Source of the DNA: Myxococcota bacterium | GTDB lineage: Bacteria; Myxococcota_A; UBA9160; SZUA-336 | Length of the DNA stretch: 64,000 bases | Reading direction: 5' to 3' | Assembly: GCA_965247115.1 (NCBI GenBank) | Contig: CBDFGR010000003.1 | Span: 160,001 to 224,000, forward strand | Shown here: positions 28,598 to 38,500 of the stretch, one piece after another | How positions within the stretch are numbered: the first letter of the stretch is position 1 | How the letters are laid out: every line of letters begins with the position of its first letter | Notes under the pieces: generated by a model | The model's database searches: none | The model's input: only the letters and a program-made list of their open reading frames with translations | Told to the model about the DNA's origin: nothing | Position numbers and translations under genes: made by a program

Positions 28598-29656
28598 CTA
28601 GTCCATCCCTCTCATGGCGAGCCCGAGTGCCACGCACAGAGAAGGACCCAGGTCATGGAGCTGCTCCGGATCGAAGCTCCTGGTGCCAATCTCCACCTTC
28701 GAGAACGGGTCCGCGATCTCTACCGGGATCTCGATCTTCTCCTGAAAGAGCCGATCCAATCCGGCCACACGTGCCGCACCACCGCACAGGATCATCTTCT
28801 CCAACGACCCGCTCGGGCTCGTCGCGCGGTAGAAATCAAGCGAGCGCTGGATCTCCCCCAGGAGCGTTTCCGAGACCGCCCGCATCGCTTCTTCGACCTC
28901 TTGCGGTACCACGTCCTTGCTGGTTCCGGTCGTGACACCGCCGACCTTGATTCGCTCGGCCTCTTCGGAGCTGATGCCCAGCGTCTTCTGAATCTCCTCG
29001 GTGTACTGATTCCCGCCCGTGGTGATATCTCTCGTGAAGGCCGGTACGCCTCCGGTCATCACGTTGATGTTGATTACGGAGGCCCCGATGTCGACCAGCG
29101 CCACCGTGCTGTTGGCCGAGGGGCTGTAGCAGCACTCGTACATGTTGCCAACAGCAAACGAGTCGACATCCAGCACCGAGAGAGAGAGGCCTGCATCGGC
29201 GATGACGCTGGTGTAGTCATCGATCAGATCCTTCTTCGCCGCGACGAGGATCACGTCCATCTGTCCCTCGAGGCTGTCTTCCTGGAGGACCTGGTGATCG
29301 ATGTTCACCTCGTTGATGTCGAACGGGATGTATTGCTCCGCTTCCCAGCGAATCGTTTCGTCGAGCTCGTCTTCGCTCTGGATTGGCAGCGAGATCCGCT
29401 TGACGATGACCGAGTGCCCCGACACCGAGGAGGCCACCTCTTTCGAACTCGTGCCCGCCTCGTCGCACGCATCCCGAATGGCACTCGAGATCGCGGGGGC
29501 GTTCATGAAGGACCCCTGTACGATCGCTTCCGACGGCAACGCCGCATAGCCGAGCCCGGTCAGCTTGTACCCACCAGACGATGACTCGAGCTCAACGGCC
29601 TTGACCGAGCTGGATCCGATGTCCAGACCCAGGATGCACTTGTTTCGGAACAGCAT
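28598..29656 (-). CDS. pilM: T4P assembly protein PilM
   Basis: GLDIGSSSVK, EAEQYIPF, VDIGA, EIQRSLDFY. Confidence 0.97.
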   Translation of the reverse strand: MLFRNKCILGLDIGSSSVKAVELESSSGGYKLTGLGYAALPSEAIVQGSFMNAPAISSAIRDACDEAGTSSKEVASSVSGHSVIVKRISLPIQSEDELDETIRWEAEQYIPFDINEVNIDHQVLQEDSLEGQMDVILVAAKKDLIDDYTSVIADAGLSLSVLDVDSFAVGNMYECCYSPSANSTVALVDIGASVININVMTGGVPAFTRDITTGGNQYTEEIQKTLGISSEEAERIKVGGVTTGTSKDVVPQEVEEAMRAVSETLLGEIQRSLDFYRATSPSGSLEKMILCGGAARVAGLDRLFQEKIEIPVEIADPFSKVEIGTRSFDPEQLHDLGPSLCVALGLAMRGMD

Positions 29657-29666
29657 GTGATCTTCC

Positions 29667-29921
29667 TCAGATCGAACCCAACGGCTCTCCGCCGCCGCCG
29701 TGTGGTACCAGACCGTCGGGCGACTGGTCGCCGAAGACGCGATCCTTGTCGGAGACCTTGAGCCCGAGCGCGTGGAGGATCTTGCGCTTCGTGTCTAGGC
29801 GACAGGCCTTCCCGGCCTCGACACGATCGATGGTCAGGGTCGAGAGCCCGGACTTGCGAGCCAGCTCGGCCTTGCTCATCATGAGCGCTTCACGTATCCG
29901 TCTGACGTTGTTCTCAGACAC
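29667..29921 (-). CDS. Small XRE-family HTH regulator
   Basis: MSKAELARKSGLSTLTIDRVEAG. Confidence 0.88.
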   Translation of the reverse strand: MSENNVRRIREALMMSKAELARKSGLSTLTIDRVEAGKACRLDTKRKILHALGLKVSDKDRVFGDQSPDGLVPHGGGGEPLGSI

Positions 29922-29965
29922 TGACCGCCTCCGACACCGCTGTGTTCAAGCCTCTAGTCCGGGGC

Positions 29966-29993
29966 TGATCGGAGATTGATGACAGTGACTTGA
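29966..29993 (-). promoter_or_regulatory. Sigma28/WhiG-like promoter of HTH-pilMNOPQ
   Basis: TCAA-N16-TCCGATCA. Confidence 0.55.
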
Positions 29994-30064
29994 GGGCTGC
30001 AGAACCCAAGCTTTGCGTCTACGGCCAGCAGCTCTGATGCAACGCCAAAGCGGCCAGTAACGTC

Positions 30065-31003
30065 TCACTGTGCAGCCGCCGGACTGGTTCCCCAGCTGAG
30101 GTCCAGTGAATACCGTTGCAAGGTCCGCGCGCCATGCGGATCCGAGACCGACAGCTCGATCGGAAAGCTGCCGTCCGCATCGCGAGGCACTTCCCAGGTC
30201 ACGATGCCCGAGCTCGCGTCCACCCGCATGCCCGAAGGGGCCTCGAGCAGCTCGTAGGTCAGGGGCTGATCACCGTCCGGATCTGCCGCGTTTACCGCGT
30301 ACTGATACAGCCCGTCCGTGTTGAGTGTATACGTGGGCTCTGTCGTGATGCTCGGCGCGGAGTTTCCAATGAGCAGCGCGTCGGACCGGACCCAACGCCC
30401 GATGTCCGTCCCATCGAACCCCGCGAGCTCGACCTCGACTCGGTTCCCTCTCTTTGTCGTACGCGGTGGCAGCTCGGCGTCCTGCGCGTCGATGCGTCGA
30501 TCGTCGACGTACCAGCGATAGCGATACTCGATCTCGTCTCCGTCGATGTCGGTCGCACCCACGTTGGCGCGGATTGCGTCGTCGGCGAGCGCGGTCTCTG
30601 GAGAGAGCCCGAGCGAGGTAATCTGAGGAGCCGTGTTCCCGATCAGGACCTCCTCGCTGGTCCGAGAGACCGAGTCGACGCCGTCGCTGACGTGTACGAC
30701 AACATGAATTCGGTCCCCCTTCGCGAAGGAGAACGGCTTCAAGCTCTGAGCCACGCCCTTCTGGTGGAAGCCGCCGTTTCGGTACCACGCCACCTCGAGG
30801 CTGACGTCGTCGCGGTCCGGATCCTGTACGCGGACAGTTACTGAGAGACTGTCCGAAGCGGCCGGGAGCCTGGGTAGTAGCGAGACCATGTCGACCCAGG
30901 GGGGACGGTTCTCGGTGGCGACAGTGGCGTCAGGGCTGTCGCTTCCGCCACAGCAGATACACAGGGCGGCGACCACGGTAGCGCCGGTCCGAGACATCTC
31001 CAC
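30065..31003 (-). CDS. Ig-like repeat (cadherin/PKD-like) putative lipoprotein
   Basis: Three N[RTS][PA]P..D[PI]D.D beta-sandwich repeats; Cys-rich signal end. Confidence 0.75.
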   Translation of the reverse strand: MEMSRTGATVVAALCICCGGSDSPDATVATENRPPWVDMVSLLPRLPAASDSLSVTVRVQDPDRDDVSLEVAWYRNGGFHQKGVAQSLKPFSFAKGDRIHVVVHVSDGVDSVSRTSEEVLIGNTAPQITSLGLSPETALADDAIRANVGATDIDGDEIEYRYRWYVDDRRIDAQDAELPPRTTKRGNRVEVELAGFDGTDIGRWVRSDALLIGNSAPSITTEPTYTLNTDGLYQYAVNAADPDGDQPLTYELLEAPSGMRVDASSGIVTWEVPRDADGSFPIELSVSDPHGARTLQRYSLDLSWGTSPAAAQ

Positions 31004-31039
31004 ACTCCCTCCGAGCCTGGCAAGACACTGCCTTTGCGC

Positions 31040-32443
31040 TCATCTCGTATCGGAGTGCGCCGGCAGCGGATTGAGGGGAGCGATCTCGTACTCCTTGAGC
31101 TTGTACTGAAGAGCTCGCGGACTGATCTGCAGGATCCTGGCGGCCTGTGTCCGGTTTCCGGCAGTCCGTTGCAGGGCGAGCCGAATGAGCTGCTCCTCTA
31201 GAGCCCGCCCCCGCCGCTTGATCGACAGATCCTCCGTCTCCGGGCCGCCACCCGAAGGGCTCGCCAACGGGCGATCGGCGGTGAACGGAAACAGCTCAGG
31301 CGACAGGCGCTCGCCCGGCGCGAGGATCAATGCACGCTCGAGCGTGTTCTCCAGCTCGCGTGTGTTCCCCGGCCAGCCGTAGGTCCCGAGCAGATCCAGC
31401 ACCTCGTCATCCAGCGGCTCGACGGGCTTTCCCAGGCGGCGTGAGAGATCGCGCAGCAGCTGGTCCGCCAGGATCGCGAGATCTTCTCCCCGCTCGCGCA
31501 GGGGCGGGATGTGGATGCGGAGGATGTTGAGTCGGTAGAACAGATCTGCCCGAAAGCGCCCGGCCTCGACCTCCGCCTCGAGGACACGAGCCGTCGCGGA
31601 GATAATCCGCACGTCGGTTGGCAGCGGCTTCGGCTCTCCGACGGGCCGTACCTCCTCTTCCTGCAGCACACGCAGCAGCTTCACCTGCATCGCAGGCGGT
31701 AGCTCGCCGATCTCGTCCAGGAATAGCGTGCCTCCTTCGGCCTCCCGGAAGACACCGAGAGTCTCGTGCTCCGCACCTGTGAACGCGCCTTGTCGGTGCC
31801 CAAAGAGCTCGCTCTCGATCAACGTCTCGGGAATCGCCGCACAGTTGATTCCGATGAAGGCTTGCGACGAGCGATCCCCCAGGTCGTGAATCGTACGGGC
31901 GACGACCTCCTTTCCGACACCGCTCTCTCCAGTCACGAGGACCGTCGTCTTGTACTCCGACGCGCGCTCGACCAGTGAGTACACCTCGCGCATCGGCGCA
32001 GAGGAGGCGACGAGAACCGGGCTGCCCCTGCCCTCGACGAGCTCGCGGCGCAGACGCCGGTTCTCTCGACGCAGCTGCTCGCGCTCCTCCGCCTTGCGGA
32101 TGGTGAGCAGCAGCTCGTCCGCTTGAAACGGCTTGGAGAGAAAGTCATACGCTCCCCTGCGAACCGCGTCGAGCGCTTGATCGACCTCCGCGAAGGCCGA
32201 CATCATCAGGATCGTGGCGTCCGGCTGCAGGCGAAGCAGGTCGGGCAGCAGCTCGAGGCCGCTCCGCCGCGGCATGCGAACGTCGCAGAGGACAACGTCG
32301 AAGCGCTCCGCGCGGGCGAGCTCGAGCGCGTCCGCGGCGCATTCGGCGGTCCGTACCGCGTAGCCCTCCCCTTCGAGGATTAGCCGGAGACTCGTGCGGA
32401 TACCGTCCTCGTCATCAATGATCAGGATGCCGCGCTGGCTCAT
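31040..32443 (-). CDS. pilR2: Sigma54-dependent response regulator (PilR2-like)
   Basis: Receiver domain, [14 protein letters not shown], Fis HTH. Confidence 0.88.
   Translation of the reverse strand: MSQRGILIIDDEDGIRTSLRLILEGEGYAVRTAECAADALELARAERFDVVLCDVRMPRRSGLELLPDLLRLQPDATILMMSAFAEVDQALDAVRRGAYDFLSKPFQADELLLTIRKAEEREQLRRENRRLRRELVEGRGSPVLVASSAPMREVYSLVERASEYKTTVLVTGESGVGKEVVARTIHDLGDRSSQAFIGINCAAIPETLIESELFGHRQGAFTGAEHETLGVFREAEGGTLFLDEIGELPPAMQVKLLRVLQEEEVRPVGEPKPLPTDVRIISATARVLEAEVEAGRFRADLFYRLNILRIHIPPLRERGEDLAILADQLLRDLSRRLGKPVEPLDDEVLDLLGTYGWPGNTRELENTLERALILAPGERLSPELFPFTADRPLASPSGGGPETEDLSIKRRGRALEEQLIRLALQRTAGNRTQAARILQISPRALQYKLKEYEIAPLNPLPAHSDTR
31047..31074 (-). promoter_or_regulatory. 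Sigma28/WhiG-like promoter of the Ig-protein gene, inside the pilR2 3' end
   Basis: TCAA-N16-TCCGATAC. Confidence 0.55.
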
Positions 32444-33941
32444 GCTCGCCCTGCGTATCGGCGCAGGGCAAGACGAGCCTGACACAAGTCTGGCCGGGCT
32501 CACTCTCCGCCTCGAGCTGTCCGCCGAGAAGCTCCGAGAGGCGGTGAGCGTTCGACAGCCCCAGCCCCGTGCCTTCGCCGGGCTCCTTCGTGGTGAAGAA
32601 GGGGTCGAAGATCTGGGGCAGCAGTCCCGGCTCAATGCCGGGTCCGTTGTCGTGCACCTCCAGCGCCACGGCGCCCGGCTCGCGCTGTGTCAGAAAGCTG
32701 CTGGCGCCCGAATCGCCTCGTCTCCGGCTCGGCGCAGTATGCAGGTGGGTTCGCTGCGCGTGCAGCCCGATGCGGGCATCCTCCTGTCCTCTCACGGCGT
32801 GCGCCGCGTTCTCGATCAGGTTGACCAGCACCTGTTCGACGCGCCGGGCGTCGACCTCGACGTCGGGCAGGTCTTCCTCGCTCGAGAGCTCCAGCGAGAT
32901 TCCTTCGAGGAGCGGCTGCGCTCGGACGCGCTCCGCTACCCTCTCGAGCAGGACGGAGGGTGCGTGCAGCCCGGGCTCGATCGCGTCCGAACGGGAGAGA
33001 TCCAGCATCTCGCGCACCAACCCCCGGATCCGCAGCGCCTCGTCGCGGGTCCGGGTCGCCATTTCTCGGCTCTTGGGAGACAGCTCCGAGTCCCGCAAGG
33101 TCACCTCGGAGTACCCCAGTACAGCAGCGACGGGATTTCCGACCTCGTGTGCCACGCCGGCCGCCAGCTGCCCCAGCGTCGCCAGCCGCTCGCTTCTCGT
33201 GAGTGAGGTCCGGGCCCGCGTGAGCGCCGCGTTCTCGCGGGCCAGGGAGTCCGCCATCCGGTTGAAGTTCCCCGCGAGGTCTCCGAGCTCGTTCGAGTCG
33301 TCGACGGGGATCCGAGCGCTGAGATCCCCGCTTGCAATGCGTCGGGTTCCCGCGGACAGAACGCGCAGGGGCAACACGATGCGGCCGCGCAGCAGGTACG
33401 TGCCAAACGCGACAAACACCGTGGCAGCGATCAGGAGTACCCAGGCGCTGGACCAGAGCAGCGGTACCAGTCTGGCCATGAGTCGCTCGCGGCTTGCGAC
33501 CCCCACGAGAAAGCCACGCTCTCCGCTGGGGCGGGTGAGACGCACGACGAGAACGACATCTCCCAGTGGGATGCCACCCTGCTCGACGACTTCCGAGCCG
33601 CGTTGAGCGGCGTCGAACAACTTTGCGAACTCGTCCGAGGGGCTGCGCGGTGGACCGAGCCCGAGCTCCCGGCCCTTCGCGTCGAAGACACGGAAGCTAC
33701 CACCGACCGTATCGGGCCTCTGAGCCCGCGCGACGGGAGCCAGGTCTGCCAGGCGGTGGCTCTCCCTCGGCAGGCGCTCGATGAAGCGCGCCCCCATGCG
33801 GAGCCGCTCTAGCGCCTCGCTCTCGACCAGGCGGGCCGTCTGGCCGCTGAACACACCCGCCACGATCGCCAGCCCCGCGAGCATCACCACGAACAGGCTC
33901 ATGACGATCTCGAGCTGGAGGCCGCCGAATCTTCGCTTCAT
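32415..33941 (-). CDS. pilS2: HAMP-domain sensor histidine kinase (PilS2-like)
   Basis: Two TMs, HAMP, AHEVGNP H-box, DPFFTTK..GTGLGL. Confidence 0.88.
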   Translation of the reverse strand: MKRRFGGLQLEIVMSLFVVMLAGLAIVAGVFSGQTARLVESEALERLRMGARFIERLPRESHRLADLAPVARAQRPDTVGGSFRVFDAKGRELGLGPPRSPSDEFAKLFDAAQRGSEVVEQGGIPLGDVVLVVRLTRPSGERGFLVGVASRERLMARLVPLLWSSAWVLLIAATVFVAFGTYLLRGRIVLPLRVLSAGTRRIASGDLSARIPVDDSNELGDLAGNFNRMADSLARENAALTRARTSLTRSERLATLGQLAAGVAHEVGNPVAAVLGYSEVTLRDSELSPKSREMATRTRDEALRIRGLVREMLDLSRSDAIEPGLHAPSVLLERVAERVRAQPLLEGISLELSSEEDLPDVEVDARRVEQVLVNLIENAAHAVRGQEDARIGLHAQRTHLHTAPSRRRGDSGASSFLTQREPGAVALEVHDNGPGIEPGLLPQIFDPFFTTKEPGEGTGLGLSNAHRLSELLGGQLEAESEPGQTCVRLVLPCADTQGEHEPARHPDH

Positions 33942-34735
33942 CCCAGCGTGAGACCGGCGAAACCGCGCGTCACCGCGCCCGGTGCGAATAGCTGCACGAG
34001 GGCAGCGCCCGCCAGTGCCGGACCGAAAGGGATGCGCGTGAGGCGACCCGCACCGCGAAAGGCGATCAGGAAGAGTCCCCAGGCCAGGCCGAGCAGAGAG
34101 CCGAGCACGATGATCTCGAGCGCAGGCTGCAGCCCGAGAAACGCGCCCAGCATCGCGACCAGCTTCACGTCTCCCATCCCGAGACCGATCTGCCCGCGCA
34201 GCCGCTCGTAGGCCGCGGAAAGACCCCACAACATGCCGCCGGCAATCACCAGTCCGAGCAGCGCGTCGACAAGTGTCGGACCGGGTACCAGCCACGCAAG
34301 CGCGAGACCGAGTGGGATCCCGGGATACGTGATCTCATTCGGGATGATCCGGTGGTCCGCGTCGATCAAGCTGACCGCGACCAGCGTGGAGGCAAGCAGC
34401 CAGTCGACGAGGAGCCGCGGCCCGGGACCCACTTCGAGCCAGCGCAGCATCAGCAGCGCAAAGAGCGCAGCGGTCGCCGCCTCGACGAGCGGATAGCGGA
34501 TGGAGATCGGAGTCTTGCAGCGTCGGCACTTGCCGTGCAGAAATAACCACGAGACGATCGGGATGTTTGCCCACGCGGGGATCGGATCCCAGCAGACGGG
34601 ACAGCGCGAGCCCGGGTGAATGAGCGACTCGCCGTGCGGGAGCCGGTACGCAACCACGTTCAGGAAGCTACCCACGCACGCCCCGAGGAGGAGGGACGTC
34701 ACAACCAGCATTGGCGCGGGGAACTCAGCAAGCAC
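33938..34735 (-). CDS. pilD: Prepilin peptidase
   Basis: GSFLNVVAYRLP, SRCP.C, ISIRYP, GMGDVKL, PFGPAL. Confidence 0.97.
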   Translation of the reverse strand: MLAEFPAPMLVVTSLLLGACVGSFLNVVAYRLPHGESLIHPGSRCPVCWDPIPAWANIPIVSWLFLHGKCRRCKTPISIRYPLVEAATAALFALLMLRWLEVGPGPRLLVDWLLASTLVAVSLIDADHRIIPNEITYPGIPLGLALAWLVPGPTLVDALLGLVIAGGMLWGLSAAYERLRGQIGLGMGDVKLVAMLGAFLGLQPALEIIVLGSLLGLAWGLFLIAFRGAGRLTRIPFGPALAGAALVQLFAPGAVTRGFAGLTLG

Positions 34736-34791
34736 GTGGGCTTCCCGGCGGCGCGGCGCGGCCCTTCATGGTTCAGACGATAGCTACGACG

Positions 34792-35568
34792 CTACCGGAA
34801 GTCTCGCCGCTGAAACAGCAGCATGGACGCGAGCATGAGCCCGAGGGAGTACAGACACGCATAAAGAGCGCCCATCACGATGCGGGCTGTCTCGATCGCG
34901 TTGCCGGCGGAGGCGTCCGCCTTCAAGTCGAGGCGATCGAGATTCGGAAGCGACCAGTACAGTGCCTCCGTGACCGCCTTGACCGCACCCAGCTCGGACT
35001 TTCCACCGAACGCGCGCAGGTCGGACAGGAGATGACCCATGATCCAGAGCGCGAGCGTGAACATCCCTGCCAGGTAGGGTGTCGTAAAGCTCGTGAAGAA
35101 CATTGCCACCGCCGTGACGAGCGCGAGCTCCGCGAAGATGAACGCGATCCCCCACAGCAGCGGCGCGTCGACTTGGCCGCCCTTGAACTGGAGCAGGCCC
35201 ACGAAGCACGCCGTCATGAGCCCCACCTCCAAGGCGAGCAGGGTCAGCAGACCGAAGTACTTCCCCGCCATGAACTCCCAGCGGCGCACGGGCTTCGCCA
35301 GAATGGTGTAGACGGTGCGCTGGGAGATCTCTCTATAGACGAGGTTGATGCCGACGAAGATCGCCACCAGAACGCCGAAGAACGCGATCGTGGAGAGCCC
35401 GACGTCCCGGTAGATGCGGTTCTCGTCACCAATGTGGAGCCCCGCGAGCAAGATGGAGCTCGCGATCATGAGCCCGGCGAACATCAGCAGGTTGTAGAGC
35501 AGCTTGTCGCGGATCGCCTCGCGATAGGTATTTCTGGCAAGCGCCCAGACCCGGCCCAGCGAGCTCAT
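34792..35568 (-). CDS. pilI: ABC permease PilI
   Basis: NTYREAIRDK, TILAKPVRRWEFMAGK, FQRRDF; synteny. Confidence 0.9.
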   Translation of the reverse strand: MSSLGRVWALARNTYREAIRDKLLYNLLMFAGLMIASSILLAGLHIGDENRIYRDVGLSTIAFFGVLVAIFVGINLVYREISQRTVYTILAKPVRRWEFMAGKYFGLLTLLALEVGLMTACFVGLLQFKGGQVDAPLLWGIAFIFAELALVTAVAMFFTSFTTPYLAGMFTLALWIMGHLLSDLRAFGGKSELGAVKAVTEALYWSLPNLDRLDLKADASAGNAIETARIVMGALYACLYSLGLMLASMLLFQRRDFR

Positions 35569-36497
35569 GCGGCGCCCTCCCCTTCGATACCCTTGACCAG
35601 CAGGTCCTCGAGGCTGCGTCGCTTCGGCACGAGGCTCCGGATCCTGCCCGAGGCCTGGCGAACGCTATCGAGGGCCTTCTCGGCTTCGGCCTCGTCCGCA
35701 AACTCGAACAAGAACCGCGGTCCCTGTACGACGGCGCGTTGGGCGCTCGTGGCCAGCTCCTCGTACAGCTCCTCGCTGATGCCCTCTACCACCAGCTCCG
35801 CACCGGACAACTCCTGGCCGAGGAGCTCCTCGAGATAGCCTTGCTGCACGATCGTACCGCCCAGCAGGATCGCCACTTGATCGCAGATCACCTCCGCGTC
35901 CTGCAGGATGTGCGAGGTGAAAAAGATGGTCTTGCCCTCGTCGCGAAGGGCCAGAATGAGATCGCGTACGTCCCTACGCCCCAGCGGATCGAGGCCGGAC
36001 ATCGGCTCGTCGAGGATCACGATCCCCGGATCACCCACCAGCGCCTGGGCGAGACCGGCGCGCTGGCGCATGCCCTTCGAGTAGCGGCGAATCTGACGGT
36101 CGGCGGCGTCGTGAAGACCGACACGGTCGAGCAGCTTGGGGATACGCTCGCGCCGTACTTCGCGCGGGATGCTCAGCAGCGAAGCGTGGAAGTCGAGGAA
36201 CTCACGCGCTGTCAGGTACTCGTGGAAGAAGGTGCCCTCGGGCATGAAGCCGAGACTCGTGCGACTCTGCGGCTTCGAGACGGGGATCTCGCGGATCCAG
36301 GCCTCCCCGGCGCTGGGTAAGATCAGGCCTGTCAGCATCTTGATGGTCGTCGTCTTCCCCGCGCCGTTGGGTCCGATGAAGCCGAAGATCTCGCCCTTGG
36401 CAATGTCCAGATCCAGCTCGCGAACCGCGACCACGGGACGCATCCAGAAGCCGGTTCGAAACACCTTCTTCAGACCCCTTGCTCGAATCTCGCTCAC
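35565..36497 (-). CDS. pilH: ABC ATPase PilH
   Basis: [27 protein letters not shown]; synteny. Confidence 0.92.
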   Translation of the reverse strand: MSEIRARGLKKVFRTGFWMRPVVAVRELDLDIAKGEIFGFIGPNGAGKTTTIKMLTGLILPSAGEAWIREIPVSKPQSRTSLGFMPEGTFFHEYLTAREFLDFHASLLSIPREVRRERIPKLLDRVGLHDAADRQIRRYSKGMRQRAGLAQALVGDPGIVILDEPMSGLDPLGRRDVRDLILALRDEGKTIFFTSHILQDAEVICDQVAILLGGTIVQQGYLEELLGQELSGAELVVEGISEELYEELATSAQRAVVQGPRFLFEFADEAEAEKALDSVRQASGRIRSLVPKRRSLEDLLVKGIEGEGAA

Positions 36498-36510
36498 CTC
36501 TGGGTCCTCA

Positions 36511-37371
36511 CTATTCCCTCACCCGAAGGAGCTCGTGCTGCATCGAGCTCACCGCGCTGCCGGCCTCGATGCGATACGGGTTGCCCTCGGGGTCGTACGG
36601 TTCGCGGGCAAGGAAGCCCGCGCTGACCAGCGCCCCGACATCTTCCGGAACGACCCCTTGCTCGCCTTGATAGGCGGCGATCGCCGCATCGATGCGTGCG
36701 AGATCGCGTGTGATCCAGAGATCGAGGAGCCGGGCCTCGAGGTCCTTCCGGATCTCCGGATGCTCCTCCTGCTCGAGCCGCGTCTTGAGGAAGGCCATCG
36801 CTGTTTCCGGATCGCCTCCGTGCGCGTAGAGGCGCGTGGCGAGCAGCGGCAGGTAGGGAGGACCACCGCGCTTCGCGGCCTCCTCGATCCAGCGCGCCCC
36901 CTCCACGTAGTCCGCCTTCTCCATGAAGTAGTTGAAGCCCAGCAGGAAGTAGATCCGCCAGTAGTCGCTATGCCGGGAGCCCTTCTTTAGCAGTCGGATC
37001 GCAGCATCCGGGTCCATGCGCAGCCCGCTCAGGACCGAGTTCATGAGCACGTAGACGCCGGAGAAGTATGGATCGATGTCGGTAACGAGATGGGCCAGTC
37101 GCTCCGCATCCGGATAGTTCACCAGAGCCGAGCGCTCATCGCCCACGTAGTAGACCGTGCGTAGCCAGAACAAGTCGGCGACGAGCCGCTCGAAGCCCAG
37201 GGAGAGCGTACGTACAGCCTTACCATTCGGCAGAGGTCCAACGTCCCCAGCCGCTGCGCGCTCTCCGGCGTAGCCCTCCAGCCTGACGTTGGTTTTGTGC
37301 ACACCCCAGGCCGTGAGCGCAATCGCCACGCAGAGGGCCACCTCCAGACGGTATCGCCTGCTCCTAGCCAC
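36511..37371 (-). CDS. pilG: PilG-like accessory protein (Myxococcus-type)
   Basis: LGFERLVADLFWLR, TDIDPYF, DPEGNPY; located between pilA and pilH. Confidence 0.82.
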   Translation of the reverse strand: MARSRRYRLEVALCVAIALTAWGVHKTNVRLEGYAGERAAAGDVGPLPNGKAVRTLSLGFERLVADLFWLRTVYYVGDERSALVNYPDAERLAHLVTDIDPYFSGVYVLMNSVLSGLRMDPDAAIRLLKKGSRHSDYWRIYFLLGFNYFMEKADYVEGARWIEEAAKRGGPPYLPLLATRLYAHGGDPETAMAFLKTRLEQEEHPEIRKDLEARLLDLWITRDLARIDAAIAAYQGEQGVVPEDVGALVSAGFLAREPYDPEGNPYRIEAGSAVSSMQHELLRVRE

Positions 37372-37378
37372 GGTGCGT

Positions 37379-37406
37379 CGATCGACAGGGGTCCGGCACT
37401 TCTTGA
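37379..37406 (-). promoter_or_regulatory. Sigma28/WhiG-like promoter of pilGHI
   Basis: TCAA-N16-GTCGATCG. Confidence 0.5.
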
Positions 37407-37422
37407 GTCGAGGCGCCGAGGA

Positions 37423-37521
37423 CTAGAAGACGGTCAGTCCGTTGGCGGGATCGTCACAAGGATCGCCAACGATGTCCGACCTGCCCTCACCCGCGTTCGG
37501 GCGGAGGTGGAACTTGATGAG
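37423..37521 (-). pseudogene. Internally deleted pilA paralog remnant
   Basis: Encodes LIKFHLRPNAGEGRSDI-VGDPCDDPANGLTVF*; PilA has FLKFQLRSKAGEGKLNL ... VGPCDNANFGLEVF*. Confidence 0.75.
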
Positions 37522-37557
37522 GGGCTCTCTCGTCGTGGGCAGTGAGAGATCGCCGAG

Positions 37558-37588
37558 ATGGGATCCGGGACGATGTCCCGGATCCCAT
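37558..37588 (-). terminator. Hairpin downstream of pilA (terminator or mRNA stabiliser)
   Basis: ATGGGATCCGGGAC-GAT-GTCCCGGATCCCAT, perfect 14-bp stem, no U tract. Confidence 0.7.
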
Positions 37589-37612
37589 TCGGCATTCGGG
37601 CTCCGCGAGGCT

Positions 37613-38221
37613 CTAGAAGACCTCCAGGCCGAAGTTCGCGTTGTCACAAGGTCCAACCTGATGCTGCATGGCGACGGCCGCACCCGTGGTCTGGGTGAGC
37701 TGACGGTTCAGCACGGTCGTGCAGCCCAGCGTCGCGCCGATCGTGAAGTTGTTCTTCAGATCGGGCTTCTGCAGGCCCCAGATGTTCAGCGTTCCGTCAC
37801 CGTCGATGTCCGAGTTGCCGACGGCGAAGAACTGGTTGCTCGGGGGCGGGGCGTTCGTGGCAACGATGTAGTTAAAGTACACGTCGCCCTCCGGCTCCCA
37901 ACCGATGAAACAGTAGCCCGGATCGCCGGCCTGCGGCGGCGAGTTCGGACAGACGGTCCAGGCCGCCTTCTGCGAGTTGGGCGCTCCAGCCAGGGTCTGG
38001 CCCCAGTTCTGGAAAGTTCCGAGCTCTGCAAAGTAGGCTTCCTGCGCCGTGCGGATCGCGGCCAGGTTGAGCTTGCCCTCGCCCGCCTTCGATCGCAGCT
38101 GGAACTTCAGGAAGTTCGGAATCGCGATCGCCGCCAGAATCCCGATGATCGCCACGACGATCATCAGCTCGATCAGGGTAAACCCCTGCTTCTTCTTGAG
38201 CTTGTTTACCAACGAAATCAT
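37613..38221 (-). CDS. pilA: Type IVa major pilin
   Basis: KKKQG^FTLIELMIVVAIIGILAAIAIPNF; GAGGAG RBS. Confidence 0.98.
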   Translation of the reverse strand: MISLVNKLKKKQGFTLIELMIVVAIIGILAAIAIPNFLKFQLRSKAGEGKLNLAAIRTAQEAYFAELGTFQNWGQTLAGAPNSQKAAWTVCPNSPPQAGDPGYCFIGWEPEGDVYFNYIVATNAPPPSNQFFAVGNSDIDGDGTLNIWGLQKPDLKNNFTIGATLGCTTVLNRQLTQTTGAAVAMQHQVGPCDNANFGLEVF

Positions 38222-38316
38222 GTTGTCTCCTCAGTGACAGATCTTTTCTGGAAACCCTATGGGCGGGCGCTGCCAGAAGTGCCCGTCACTCGTGTTTCGG
38301 TTGCGCTTCCGACAGG

Positions 38317-38332
38317 AGCAAGGCGCGTGCCG
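38317..38332 (-). promoter_or_regulatory. Sigma54 -24/-12 promoter of pilA
   Basis: CGGCACGCGCCTTGCT (GG-N10-GC). Confidence 0.8.
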
Positions 38333-38441
38333 GGGCCTCCTGCCGCCCCACGCGTGGGCAGGGGCCGATCAAGCCGGAGGGCGCTGCTTCGGAGAGGGGG
38401 TGTTGCACCGTGGCGAGGCGGAGCTCGCGTAGTTGCCCATT

Positions 38442-38479
38442 GTGACGCTTCGCGGAACGCGAGTGACGCATCCCGTCAC
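38442..38479. promoter_or_regulatory. Candidate PilR enhancer (UAS)
   Basis: GTGACGC at 38442 and 38463; palindrome GTGACG-N5-CGTCAC at 38463-38479; 110-150 bp upstream of the sigma54 site. Confidence 0.5.
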
Positions 38480-38500
38480 CCGGACGACCGACCCAGGCGC

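Noticed and set aside
37423..37683. Read-through or expressed 86-aa ORF linking pilA to the remnant
   Set aside because: Different frame from pilA, crosses the strong hairpin, and has no RBS
37613..38221. Geobacter-type short conductive e-pilin
   Set aside because: Full-length 202-aa pilin with a globular, four-Cys head
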